DNA of 64,000 bases from Candidatus Latescibacterota bacterium (GTDB taxonomy: Bacteria > Latescibacterota > UBA2968 > GCA-2709665): contig OZ242358.1 in assembly GCA_965208835.1 (NCBI GenBank), positions 928,001 through 992,000 of the forward strand, written 5' to 3'. Both the position numbers and the translations under genes were made by a program. Positions 10,183-21,700 of the stretch are shown here, one piece after another. Positions within the stretch are counted from its first letter, which is position 1, and every line of letters starts with the position of its first letter. Under the pieces are notes generated by a model. That model searched no databases, was not told the DNA's origin, and saw only the letters and a program-made list of their open reading frames with translations.

Positions 10183-10305
10183 TGCTGCAATTTGCGCCAT
10201 CGTTGCCGCGTCCGTGCGACGTTGGCTGGATTTCACTTCAGTCTCTTCAGGTGGCGCACATCCAGTCAATCGGGATGCGTCCTGAGGGCACGGGAGGAGA
10301 GAAGC

Positions 10306-12693
10306 ATGCAACTCGCTGAGAAGCTTCAGACAGAGAACAGAAAGCTGCGGGATCGCCTTTCACGATTGAGCCAGGCGAGTCAGCGCATTAACGAAAGCCT
10401 TGATTTTGAAACGGTACTGCAGGGTGTGGTGGACAGCGCCAGGTCCGTGACGGACGCCAGTTACTGCGTGGCTACGCTACATGACGACGAAGGACAGGTA
10501 CAGGAATTTCTCGTCTCAGGAATGCCGTCCCACTGGGTCGGACAAATGCAGAGCTTCCCGGCGTCGCCGCCGCTGCACGAGTACCTCCGCGGAATTGAGG
10601 AGCCCCTGCGTTTGCGAGACTTATACAGCCACGTCGGGGCGCTCGGCCTCCCCATCGTCCGGGCTCCCGGGTCGACTGCCGAAACCATTTCGTTTATGTC
10701 CGCGCCAATCCGACACCGTGGTGAGAGCGTCGGCCATTTCTTCCTGGCGGGAAAGGCGAGCGGTCCGGAGTTTACCGATGAAGACGAAGAGACGCTGGTC
10801 ATGTTTGCTTCCCAGGCCGCTCTGGTTATTGCCAACGCCCGGCGCTACCGGGACCAGCAACGGGCCATGGCCGACCGCGAAGCCGTCGTCAATACCGCCC
10901 CGGTGGGTGTGGTTGTCTTTGACGCAATCAGCGGAGAGCCGGTGTCTTTCAATCGTGAGGCGGTAAGGCTCGTGGAAGGCTTGCTGAATGGTGAGCCTGG
11001 ATTGGAGAATCTTCTGGAAGTTGTGACGATCCGCCGCGCCGACGGGCGTCAGGTATCCCTGAAGGAACTGTCCATTGCCCAGGCAATGAGCGAAGGCGAG
11101 ACGGTACGTGCCGAGGAGGTCGTTTTCGAGGTGCCGGACGGACGAAGCGTTAAGGCGCTCATGAACGCCACACCCATTCGCGCTGACGACGGACGGGTGA
11201 CGTCATTTGTCGTGACCCTTCAGGACATGGCGCCTTTGGATGAACTGGAGTTGATGCGGGCTGAATTCCTTGCCAAGATCAGCCACGATCTGCGTGCGCC
11301 GCTGGCCGCCATCAAGGGTTCCGCTGAGACCGCACTGGGCGACACGTTCCCGTTCCGGCAGGCCGAGATGGTCCAGTTCTTGCGGATAATCAGCGAGCAG
11401 GCCGACCAGATGGGCGTTCTGATCAACGATTTATTGGACGTGACGCGGATCGAGACGGGGACCCTGGTCGTCAGCCCGGTACCTGTACTGGTTACCGGAC
11501 TGCTGGACCAGGCCCGGAATACGTTTCTGAATGGATGGAACCGCGACAATGTTCACGTCGACATGGCCTCCGGCCTCCCGCCCGTATTGGCAGATCCGGG
11601 TCGGATCGTGCAGGTTGTGGTAAACCTGTTGACGAATGCAGCGCGGAATTCACCCGAAGGGTCTCCGATTCGGGTAAGTGCCATGCAGGAGGGCGATAAT
11701 GTGTCGGTCAGTGTCATCGACCAGGGTCGGGGTTTGTCTCCTGAACAGATGGCGCACCTCTTTCGCAAGTCGCCTCGTCACGATCGGGACGAGGTCTCCA
11801 GGGAAGATCCGAGGTCCGGCTGGGGCCTCTCCATATGCCGGGGTATCGTCGAAGCCCACGGCGGCCGCATCTTTGCCGAGAGCGAGGGGCCCGACAAGGG
11901 AACCCGGTTCAGATTCACCATACCGATTGCCGAGGGCGTCGAAAAACCCGTCGGTAGAGGTACCGTTCCGTCCGTCGCAGGCGCACGAATCCCGGGAAAT
12001 CCACCGGCCAAAATCCTCGTCGTGGACGATGACCCGCAAACGCTGCGCAGCGTCCGAGAAGCCCTGTCGAACGCCGGTTACGTTCCGGTCGTTACCGGAG
12101 ATGCGAACGAGGCGATTGCCCTGTTCAAAGAACACAGTCCCCAACTGGCCCTGCTGGACCTCGTGCTCCCGGGCAGCGACGGGGTCGAGTTGATGCGTGG
12201 CATCGTCGAAAAGGCAGACGTGCCGGTTATTTTCCTTTCCGCCTATGGGCACGAAGACGCCATTGCACGGGCCCTGGACAGCGGTGCTGCCGATTATCTC
12301 GTCAAGCCGTTCTCACCTACGGAACTGGCGGCCAGGATCAGGGCCGCCATTCGTAAGCACACGGTCCCTCGTTTGGTCGTGCCATCGGAGCCGTTTCTGC
12401 GTGGGAAGCTGAAGGTCGACTACGCTCGACGAAGGGTGACGATTTCCGGGACGCCCGTGGATCTGACAAGAATTGAGTATTTCGTTCTCCAGGAACTTGC
12501 GGTGAACGCCGGTCGGACGGTCTTCTACGAAGACATTCTGGGACGTATCTGGGCCAGGCGGGGCACCGACGACAGGCGGCCACTCCACGCCGCGGTCAAA
12601 AACATCCGGCGAAAGCTGGGTGACGATGCGAAGAACCCCAAATGGATTTTTAACGAACCGCGGGTCGGTTATCGCCTTGGAAAGACAGAATAG
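10306..12693 (+). CDS. Cytoplasmic hybrid regulator: GAF-PAS-HisKA-HATPase-REC-OmpR/PhoB winged-helix fusion (KdpD/KdpE-like modules)
   Basis: GAF (EFTDEDEETL), PAS, H-box ISHDLRAPL, N-box NLLTNAA, DQGRG, receiver ILVVDDD...LLDL...YLVKPF, wHTH LTRIEY...IRRKLGDD...GYRL. ATG 10306 follows GGAGGAG (track starts at 10192). Confidence 0.92.
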   Translation: MQLAEKLQTENRKLRDRLSRLSQASQRINESLDFETVLQGVVDSARSVTDASYCVATLHDDEGQVQEFLVSGMPSHWVGQMQSFPASPPLHEYLRGIEEPLRLRDLYSHVGALGLPIVRAPGSTAETISFMSAPIRHRGESVGHFFLAGKASGPEFTDEDEETLVMFASQAALVIANARRYRDQQRAMADREAVVNTAPVGVVVFDAISGEPVSFNREAVRLVEGLLNGEPGLENLLEVVTIRRADGRQVSLKELSIAQAMSEGETVRAEEVVFEVPDGRSVKALMNATPIRADDGRVTSFVVTLQDMAPLDELELMRAEFLAKISHDLRAPLAAIKGSAETALGDTFPFRQAEMVQFLRIISEQADQMGVLINDLLDVTRIETGTLVVSPVPVLVTGLLDQARNTFLNGWNRDNVHVDMASGLPPVLADPGRIVQVVVNLLTNAARNSPEGSPIRVSAMQEGDNVSVSVIDQGRGLSPEQMAHLFRKSPRHDRDEVSREDPRSGWGLSICRGIVEAHGGRIFAESEGPDKGTRFRFTIPIAEGVEKPVGRGTVPSVAGARIPGNPPAKILVVDDDPQTLRSVREALSNAGYVPVVTGDANEAIALFKEHSPQLALLDLVLPGSDGVELMRGIVEKADVPVIFLSAYGHEDAIARALDSGAADYLVKPFSPTELAARIRAAIRKHTVPRLVVPSEPFLRGKLKVDYARRRVTISGTPVDLTRIEYFVLQELAVNAGRTVFYEDILGRIWARRGTDDRRPLHAAVKNIRRKLGDDAKNPKWIFNEPRVGYRLGKTE

Positions 12694-12757
12694 CGATGCC
12701 CGCCGTCGGCCAGGCGGAAGCGGATCCGGAACGACCCGGCAGCCTGGGTGCGGCAAT

Positions 12758-15700
12758 TCAGAAGTCCCGGAAAAGGGAGAGCCCGAAGCGATAGTCTCCG
12801 CCCCTGCCCCTTGTGACGGACTCTCCATTGGCGGCGCTCCGTCCCGAAAGGCGATATTCGCCGAGCAGCTCCAGCCGCAGATTCCTTGCGAGAAAACCCG
12901 GGGACCGGTCCGGACCTTCCACCACGTTGAGTCGCAGGCCGCCGCCCAGGCGGTGTAATCCCATGTCGTTCACGTCCAGTTCGACAAAGGGCTCCATCCC
13001 GCCCCTGCCTTTCTGGGTCCTCAGTCCGTAACCCAGGGCCGCACGCGTGCGGCCGGGACGCCAGTCCAGCGCCTCGCGTCCGCCCGCGGCGCTGCGGTAA
13101 GCCATCGTCCTTTCACCTTTCCACAGTGCCTCGACGCCGCTGCCGGCATTCTCTCCCCACGCCGGCGACAGCGACAGCGTCAGTCCCCTGTTATCGGATC
13201 CCGGGTCCAGACCAAGCGCCAGGCTCAGGCCGCGTTCTCTGAAGTCCCGGTCCTGATGCGCCGCCAGCCAGCGAGAACGGATCTCCACGTCCAGGCCGAT
13301 GCGGCGATTTGCAATGGAGAGCGCCCCGGCCAGTTCGGCACCCAAGCCCGTGTCGACGTCGCCGCCGTCAAGGCGTGCGCCCAGCGCCAGACTCAGATCC
13401 ATCCGCGTGTCTGGCGTTACGGACCATCCGGTGCTGCCGTTGACCATCATGCGAACGCGTCGGGCGTCACCTGCGGTTGCCCGCAGCCCGGCCAGGGCCT
13501 CGGAGCTGGTGCTCACCGCGAAGGCGTCCGCCGTCAACGCCAGGTCGACCTTCCTCACCCGCATCAGGTCCATCCTCCCGCCGAGCGCGGCGGACCGGCT
13601 GCTGATGTCCGTAACGATCGTACTGCTGCCCGTCCCCGCCAGCGGGCCGCCGTAGCCGCTGTTGAGTTCGGCGTCGCCCCTGCCGAAGCCCAGCATACCC
13701 CACAGGCCCAGCTTCCCGGTGGGGGACCAATGGAGGTAGGGACGCAGGCTGGTCAGTCGCGTGTGCCATTCGCCCGTACTCGCACCGGCATTGTCGAAGT
13801 CCTGCGTGCCATCGCTGTACGAGGCCGCCACACCCAGGGCGAACCTGTTTCCCCAGCGGTAATCGGCCCCGACGTACGCCGCCGTGACACCGCCGCCCAT
13901 GCGGTTATTCGATCCGGAGTCACCGGTATACCGGCTGCCGGTTCCTCGACCCCATAGCGTCCATCCACTCCATCCGGTTCCGGGACGGTCCATTGCGATC
14001 TGAAAGGAACTCCGCGTCAGAATACTCCGCCCGGAGGGCGCCCTCAGTGTGGGTTGAACGGCGTCCGGATCGGACGTTATCGCGGACAGCCCAGCCTGCG
14101 CTGCTGTTCCGGTCGCTGAACTGGAAGCCGGAACGTCCAGCGGTATGCCAAACATTCGTGCGGCAACGTGCGCCCACTCCATGGCATTGAACGCCTGCCC
14201 GAGGACAAGCCTGCTGCCATCGATTGTGGCTCGCAGCGCCCGTGACGTGGCTTCGAAGTGGCCGGTGATCGCATCCACGGCCTGGCTCAGCACCGTCCTG
14301 CCGAATGCCGCCAGCGAAAGCTCCAGCACGCGGGCGCGGTTGGACTGAAGATTTTCCACTATGACGGCGAAGGAGAGTGTCGCGCTCAGGCCAGACGGAT
14401 CGCGAGCCGTCACCGTAACGCGGGCGGTCGAGACCGCTACGGGCGAGAGGGCGATCACTCTGTCCGCCAAGCTGACGTTTACAATGCCGTTATCCGACGA
14501 CGCTTCGTAGGTCAGCGGGTCCCCGTCCGGGTCTGTGAACAGACCCGTCAGGTCGACCCGTCCGTTGGTGCCCATCGTCAGCACCTGGTCCGGGATGGTT
14601 CCCGTCACCGATGGTCCCAGATTCACTCCTGTTATCAAGATTCTCACCGTGGCTTCATCGCTTCTGGCGCCTCGGCTGTCTTCAACCCGATAGGTGAAAC
14701 GGTCTTCGGCCACCCTGCTTCCGTCGTGGATGTAGATGAAAGTCCCGTTCTCAAACAGCGTGAGTGACCCGTAATTGGGCGCCTCGACGAGGATTGCAGT
14801 CAACGTGCTCCAGTCGTCTTCAGCGTCCACGTCGTTGGCCAGTACGCTGATGTGTCCATCATCGGTTTCGGTTGCCGAAACACTGTTCGCCAGCGGCGCA
14901 ATCTTCGCGCCCGCCTCCGGTTCCGGTATATCGAAATCTTCGGGTGGCGTCGCGGACGGATTTCGCGTAACATCACGGGTGTCGCCGTTCCATAAGGACG
15001 TTGCCCTGCGGCCCCGGAAAACCGTTACGACGTCGTCCACCGCCACCGGCGCTGTGTTGACCCGCGTTCGACCGGTTCCGGAAGCCGACCAGGCGCCCGC
15101 ACCCTCCGCATTCTTCGCCCTGACTTGCACCTCGTAATCTGCGCCGGACTCCAGCCCCCGGATCGCCGCCATGGTCTTCGTGCCCGTGAACGGGTGGGAC
15201 GTCCAGTCCGCAGCGCCCTGCTTGCGGTACTGAACGTCGTAGTCGCTGATGGCCGGGCCGGTGTTCGCCGGCGGCCGCCAGTCCAACCGAAGGCTTTCCA
15301 GCGAGGCACCGGTGACCCTCGGCGCCGAGGGTGCGGCAGGCGGCTCGGCCGCGTCGGTGACGTTGATGGTCACCTCGATGACGCTGCTGCCCTCTCTTCC
15401 GTCATTGACGGTCACCGTAACCACGTAGGACAGGGGTCCCGCTTCGTAGTCCAGGGAAGCACCCTTGGAAACCGATATCTGACCGGTATCCGAATCGATG
15501 GCGAAGGCATCCGACCCTGACAGGGTATAGCTCAGGACATCACCGTTCGGATCCGTTGCCGCGACCGGTTCCCCGACCGTTCCGCCGGCGGGGGTATTCT
15601 CAGCCACTGCGCGCGTGGTTGCGGCGCCGGCGTCGAAGCCAGGCGGCTCGTTGTGGCCGTCGTCTATGATCGTGCCCGTTACGGGGTCGCCCACCGTCAC

Positions 15701-18700
15701 CCCGGAGGGCGCGCGGGAGACTCGCAGACTGACGGTGAAGGTCTCGTTTCCTTCAATGGCGTCGTCCTCCTTCGTCTCCACGGTGAACGTGTGCGCTTCG
15801 CCCGCCGTGCCGCTGAACCTGAGCGGGGATACGTTGGCCGTATAGTCGACGCCTGCCGTCGCTGTCCCGTCGCTGAAAACGGGCGTCAGCGTCAGACCGC
15901 CCTGGACCGGCCGGTTCAGCGTTACCTTGAAGGTCATCCCGTCGCCTTCAGATGCGTTCGCGTCTCCGCTCGCCACCGTTGGGCTGCCTCCGACGGTCCC
16001 GCCGTCGTCGTCTATGATCGTGCCGGTTACGGGATTGCCCACCGTCACCCCGGACGGCGCATCGGACACCCGCAGACTGACGGTGAAGGTCTCGTTTTCT
16101 TCAACGGCCTCGTCCTCCTTCGTCTCCGCGGTGAACGTGTGCGTTTCACCCGCCGTGCCGACGAAGGTGAGCGGCGCCGTGTTGGCCGTATAGTCGATTC
16201 CCGACGTCGCGGTCCCGTCGCTGAAAACGGGCGTCAGCGTCAGACCGCCCTGAACCGGCCGTTTCAGCGTTATCTTAAAGGTCACCCCGTCGCCTTCAGA
16301 TGCCTCCGCGTCCCCGATCGTAACCGTGAGCTTGCCTCTGACGGTCCCTCCGTCGTTGTCTCTAAGCGTGCCGGTCGCGGTGTCCGTTGTCACGCCGGAG
16401 GTCGACGTCCCGGAGATGCCAAGGCTTACCGTAAACGTCTCGTCATTCTCAACAACCTCGTCGTCTGTGGCAGCCACCGTGAACGTGTGCTTTTCACCCA
16501 CCGTCCCGGTGAAGCGAATGGGCGCAGCGTTTGCCGTGTAGTCCACGCCTTCGACTGCCGTCCCGTCGCGGAAGCCGGGGGTGACAGTGAGACCGCCCGA
16601 TACCGCCCGGTTCAACTTTATTGTGAAGGTCAGTACCTCCCCCTCGACCGCGCTGGCGCTCGAGACCGTCACCGTCACCGTCTCTCCAGGCGCGGAAGGG
16701 CCCAGGGTCGAGGCGCGACCGCTGTCCGACCACTCGCCGGCGCCTTCCACGTTTCTTGCCAGCACCTGAACCTCGTAGGTGGAAGCCGCCTTCAGGCCGG
16801 TGAGGGTTGTGCCGGCGCCCGCGCCGTCAAACGCATGGTCTCGCCATTCCGTAGTGCCCGCTTCTCTGTACCGAACGTCGTAATCCGTGACGGGCGCACC
16901 GTTGTCGGCAGGCGGATTCCAACTGACGACCAGCGACACTCTTGGGTCGCTCGCTGACCGGGCGACCGAAGGCGTGCCCGGCGCGTTCGGCGGCGACGCG
17001 TCGGTCACGTTGACCGTAACGTGAAGTATGCCCGTGTGACCATGCCCGTCGTCCACAGTGACCGTCAGGTCGCCGTACGAGTTTCTCGTCTCGAAGTCCA
17101 GCGGTTCCCTTGTCCTCAGCTGGCCGGTGGCCGGATCCAGGGCGAAAGCGGGTGCGTCCGACCCGCCAAGTGAATATGAGAGCGGGTCGTCTTCGGCGTC
17201 CGTCGCCAGAAAGGGCCCGCCTATGTCCGTGTGCGGCGGCGTGTTCTCGACCACGAAGCGGATGGCTGTATCGCCCTCGTCGAAAACCGGCGGCGCGTCG
17301 TTATCCAGGATGGTCACCGTCGCCGTACGCTGGCTCACCGAGACTTTGCGGGTCACTTCCCTGGCGACCGAGGGCTCGCCCAGCTCCACCTGGAAGCTTT
17401 CCAGGTCCTCGTGTTCGTCGTCGTCGAGGATGGTGATTTCGATCATAGTCTCAGTCTGTCCGGCTGCAAGAGTGACGGTACCCGAGCTGGGTTTATGCTC
17501 GTGTTTCGTGCCGCTCTCCGCGACGGATAGCTTCGAAGCGGACGTCGAGCTCGAGCTGCTCCACGGCACTTCGACCGTACCGCCCACGGACTCGGTGATC
17601 CTGACCGGGAGTTCCACAATCAGACCCTCCTCCACCGGGTCTTCAGGTTCGTGAACGGAGACGTAGACGGTACCACCGCCGTTGTTTCCCTGGGGGTTCC
17701 GCCTGTTGACGTTCGCCAGCACCGAGAACTGGCTTGCCGCTTCATTGCCGTTGCCCGCAACGTCAATAGCTGCGTTCGCGGCCACGTCCGCGGTCACGGT
17801 TCCGGTGGCTGCCGGCGTGATGGTGGCTGTGTAAGTGTCGCTAGATCCGGAGAACCCCGTGACCGACCCGTTCCCCGCCGTGACGTCTCCCTGTTCGAAC
17901 CCCGTAACCGGCTCGGAGAAGGTGATCGTTGTTACGAACGGGCCGTTCTGCGTAGTGGCCGGACCGCTGATGCTGACAGTCGGCGCGTCGAGGTCCGCCT
18001 GCACGGAGAACTGGCTCGCCGCTGCATTGCCTTTGTCATCAGAATCAACGGCCACGTTCGCGGCCACGTCCGCCGTCACCGTACCGCTCGCCGCAGGCGT
18101 AATCGAGGCCGTGTAACTGGAGCCTGAACCGGAAAATGCGGTCACCGCTCCGTTGCCGACCGATATCTCGGGCCGCTCGAACCCGGTGACGTCCTCCGAG
18201 AAGGTGATCGTTGCGTCAAATGGACCTTTCTGCACATCAGTCGGGCCGCTGATGCTGACGGTCGGCACGCCTTCGTCGTCGATGACGGTTCCGGTGGCCG
18301 TATTCGTCGCCGTCACCGGCAACGTCGTCCCCGAGACGCTCAGGCTCACCGTGAACGTCTCGTTCGCCTCGTCGTCCTCATCCTCGGTCGTCGACACGTT
18401 AAAACTATGCGTTTCCCCCGCCGTCCCGGCAAAGCTGAGCGCGGCCGTGTTTTCCGTGTAATCCGTGCCCTTCGTGGCCGTGCCGCCGTCGAAGCCGGGG
18501 GTCACGCTGAAGCCGCCCGTCACCGCCTTGTCCGCAGCCACGGTAAACGATATTTCGTCCCCCTCCGAGGCCGAAGCATCAGCAATCGTCAGGATCGCGG
18601 TGTCGTCGTTGCTGATCGTCCCCGTCGCTGTATCGGTTGCCGTCACCGTTTCCGTCGTGCCGGAGACGGTAAGGCCGACGGTGAACGATACGTCAGCTTC

Positions 18701-21700
18701 CACCACGTCGTCTTCGGCTGTCGCAACGGTAAAGCTCCGTGACTCCTCCGCCGTCCCGCTGAAGCTGAGCGCGTTCGTATTTTCTGTATAGTCCGTTCCC
18801 TTTGTCGCCGTTCCGTCGGTGAAGCTCGGCGTGACCGTCAGACCGCCGGAGACCGCGTGGTCCAGTGTCACGGTGAAGGTGATCCCGTCTCCCTCTTCGG
18901 CCGATGCATCCGCGATCGTCAGAATCGGAAAGTCGTCGTTGGTGATGGTGCCGGTGGCCGTATCGGTCGCCGTTACCGTCTCAGTCGTGCCGGAGACAGT
19001 CAGGCTGACGGTAAACGTCTCGTCGACTTCCACCGCCGCGTCCTCGGTCGTGGCTACGGTGAAGGTCTTCGACTCATCCGCCGAACCGGTGAAGCTGAGC
19101 GCAGCGGTGTTTTCCGTGTAGTCCGTACCCTTCGTCGCCGTGACGTCCGTGAAGCTCGGGGACACCGTAAAACCGCCGGAAACGGCCTGATCCAGCGTCA
19201 CGGTGAACGTGATTCCGTTCCCCTCTTCGGCCGATACGTCCGCGATCGTCAGTGCCGGCGCGTCGTCGTTGTTGATCGTTCCCGTCGCCGTGTCGGTTGC
19301 CGTGACCGTTTCCGTTGTCCCCGAGACGGTGAGGCTGACGGTGAACGTCTCGTTGGGCTCGTCGTCGTCGTCGTCGGTCGTCGCCACAATGAAGGTTTTG
19401 TTCTCGCCCGCCGTGCCGGCAAAGGTGAGCGCCGATGTGTTGGCCGTGTAGTCCGTGCCCTTCGTCGCCGTGCCGTCGGTGAAGCTCGGGGTTACGGTGA
19501 AGCCGCCGGAGACCGCGTGGTCCAGCGTCACCGTGAAGGTAATCGCGTTCCCTTCTTCAGCCGACGTGTCCGCAATCGTTACCGCCGGATAGTCGTCGTT
19601 GGTAATCGTCCCCTCCGCCGTATCGGTCGCCTGGACGGTGCCCCTCGCTCCTGAAACGCTCAGGCTCACCGTGAACGTCTCGTCCGACTCGATGTCCGTG
19701 TCCTCGGTTGTGGAAACGGTGAAGGTCTGCGTCTCGCCCGCCGTGCCGGTGAAGCTGACCGCCGAGGTGTTGGCCGTGTAATCCGTACCCTTGGTGGCGG
19801 TGCCGCCGGCGTAACTCGGGGTCACGCTGAAGCCGCTCGCCACCGCATTGTCCACCTCCAGGGTGAACTCGATCTCGTCACCCTCGGCCGCGCTCGTGTC
19901 CGCGATCGTTACAATCGCGGTGTCATCGTCGTTGATCGTCCCCGTGGCGGGGCCGCTGGCCGACAAGGCGGAAGGCACCGGCGGAAGAGGCCCGTCCCCG
20001 GGCAGGGGACCGATGGAGTAGGCGATGTTGAAGGTCTCCGCCCCTTCGACGACCTCGTCCTGGTGGATGGCGACCCAGTTCCTGTCGAGTGACCGTTTTT
20101 CTCCGGCGTTGCCGGTGAAGTTGAGAGACACCAGGTTCGCGCCGAAGTCGGTCGTGGAAAAGTTGTTCCCGTCCGGGTCAATCGTGGCGGTGCCGGCAGA
20201 CGCTCTCAGGTACAGCCGGAAGCCGCCCTGCACCGCCCTGTTCAGCGTCGCACTCGCTGCCACCTCGGTGTAGAGGTTGCCGTTTACCGTATAGCTGTAG
20301 CCCGAACCGCCCTCAGTGCCGGATACGGCCGCGACCGTCACGGTCGCATTGTCGTCGTTGGTGATCGTTCCCTCTGCCGTATCGGTTGCCGTGACGGTTT
20401 GGGTGGTCCCGGAGACGCTGAGGCTGACGGTGAAGGTCTCGTCGTGTTCCACGACCGCGTCCTCGGTCGTCGTCACGGAGAAGGTTTTGTTCTCGCCCGC
20501 CGTGCCGGCAAAGGTGAGCGCCGATGTGTTGGCCGTGTAGTCCGTGCCCTTTACCGCGGTACCGCCGGCGAAGCCCGGCGTCACCGTCAGACCGCCGGAA
20601 ACCGCTCTGTCCAGCGTTACCGTGAAGGTGATCCCGTCCCCTTCCTCGGCTGATGCGTCGGCGATCGTCACCGCCGGAAAGTCGTCGTTGGTGATCGTCC
20701 CCTCCGCCGTGTCGGACGCGCTGACGGTACCCTGCGCCCCTGAGACGCTCAGGCTGACCGTGAACGTCTCGTCCGACTCGATGTCCGTGTCCTCGGTGGT
20801 GGATACGGTAAAGGTCTGGGTCTCGCTCGCCGTTCCCGTGAAGCTGACCGCAGATGTGTTGGCCGTGTAGTCCGTGCCCTTCACGGCCGTACCGCCGCTG
20901 AAGCTCGGGGTTACGCTGAAGCCGGACGCCACCGCCTTGTCCACCGACACCGTGAACTCGATTCCGTCTCCCTCGGAGGCTGACGCGTCCGCGATGGTCA
21001 CGGTTGCGGTGTCGTCGTCGTTGATCGTCCCGGTGGCCGGTCCGCTGGCCGTCAAGCCGGAAGGCACCTGCGGGAGGACGGGCCCGTCCCCGGGCAGGGG
21101 ACCGATGGAGTAGGCGATGTTGAAGGTCTCCGCCCCTTCGACGACCTCGTCCTGGTGGATGGCGACCCAGTTCCTGTCGAGTGACCGTTTTTCTCCGGCG
21201 TTGCCGGTGAAGTTGAGAGACACCAGGTTCGCGCCGAAGTCGGTCGTGGAAAAGTTGTTCCCGTCCGGGTCAATCGTGGCGGTGCCGGCAGACGCTCTCA
21301 GGTACAGCCGGAAGCCGCCCTGCACCGCCCTGTTCAGCGTCGCACTCGCTGCCACCTCGGTGTAGAGGTTGCCGTTTACCGTATAGCTGTAGCCCGAACC
21401 GCCCTCAGTGCCGGATACGGCCGCGACCGTCACGGTCGCATTGTCGTCGTTGGTGATCGTTCCCTCTGCCGTATCGGTTGCCGTGACGGTTTGGGTGGTC
21501 CCGGAGACGCTGAGGCTGACGGTGAAGGTCTCGTCGTGTTCCACGACCGCGTCCTCGGTCGTCGTCACGGAGAAGGTTTTGTTCTCGCCCGCCGTGCCGG
21601 CAAAGGTGAGCGCCGATGTGTTGGCCGTGTAGTCCGTGCCCTTTACCGCGGTACCGCCGGCGAAGCCCGGCGTCACCGTCAGACCGCCGGAAACCGCTCT

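Noticed and set aside
9947-10285. Short ORFs sharing DDLLMN/FINKSS with 42077..42289 and 42073..42342
   Set aside because: Similarity is confined to the operator array, whose 11-bp period is not codon-compatible; the ORF ends are not conserved.
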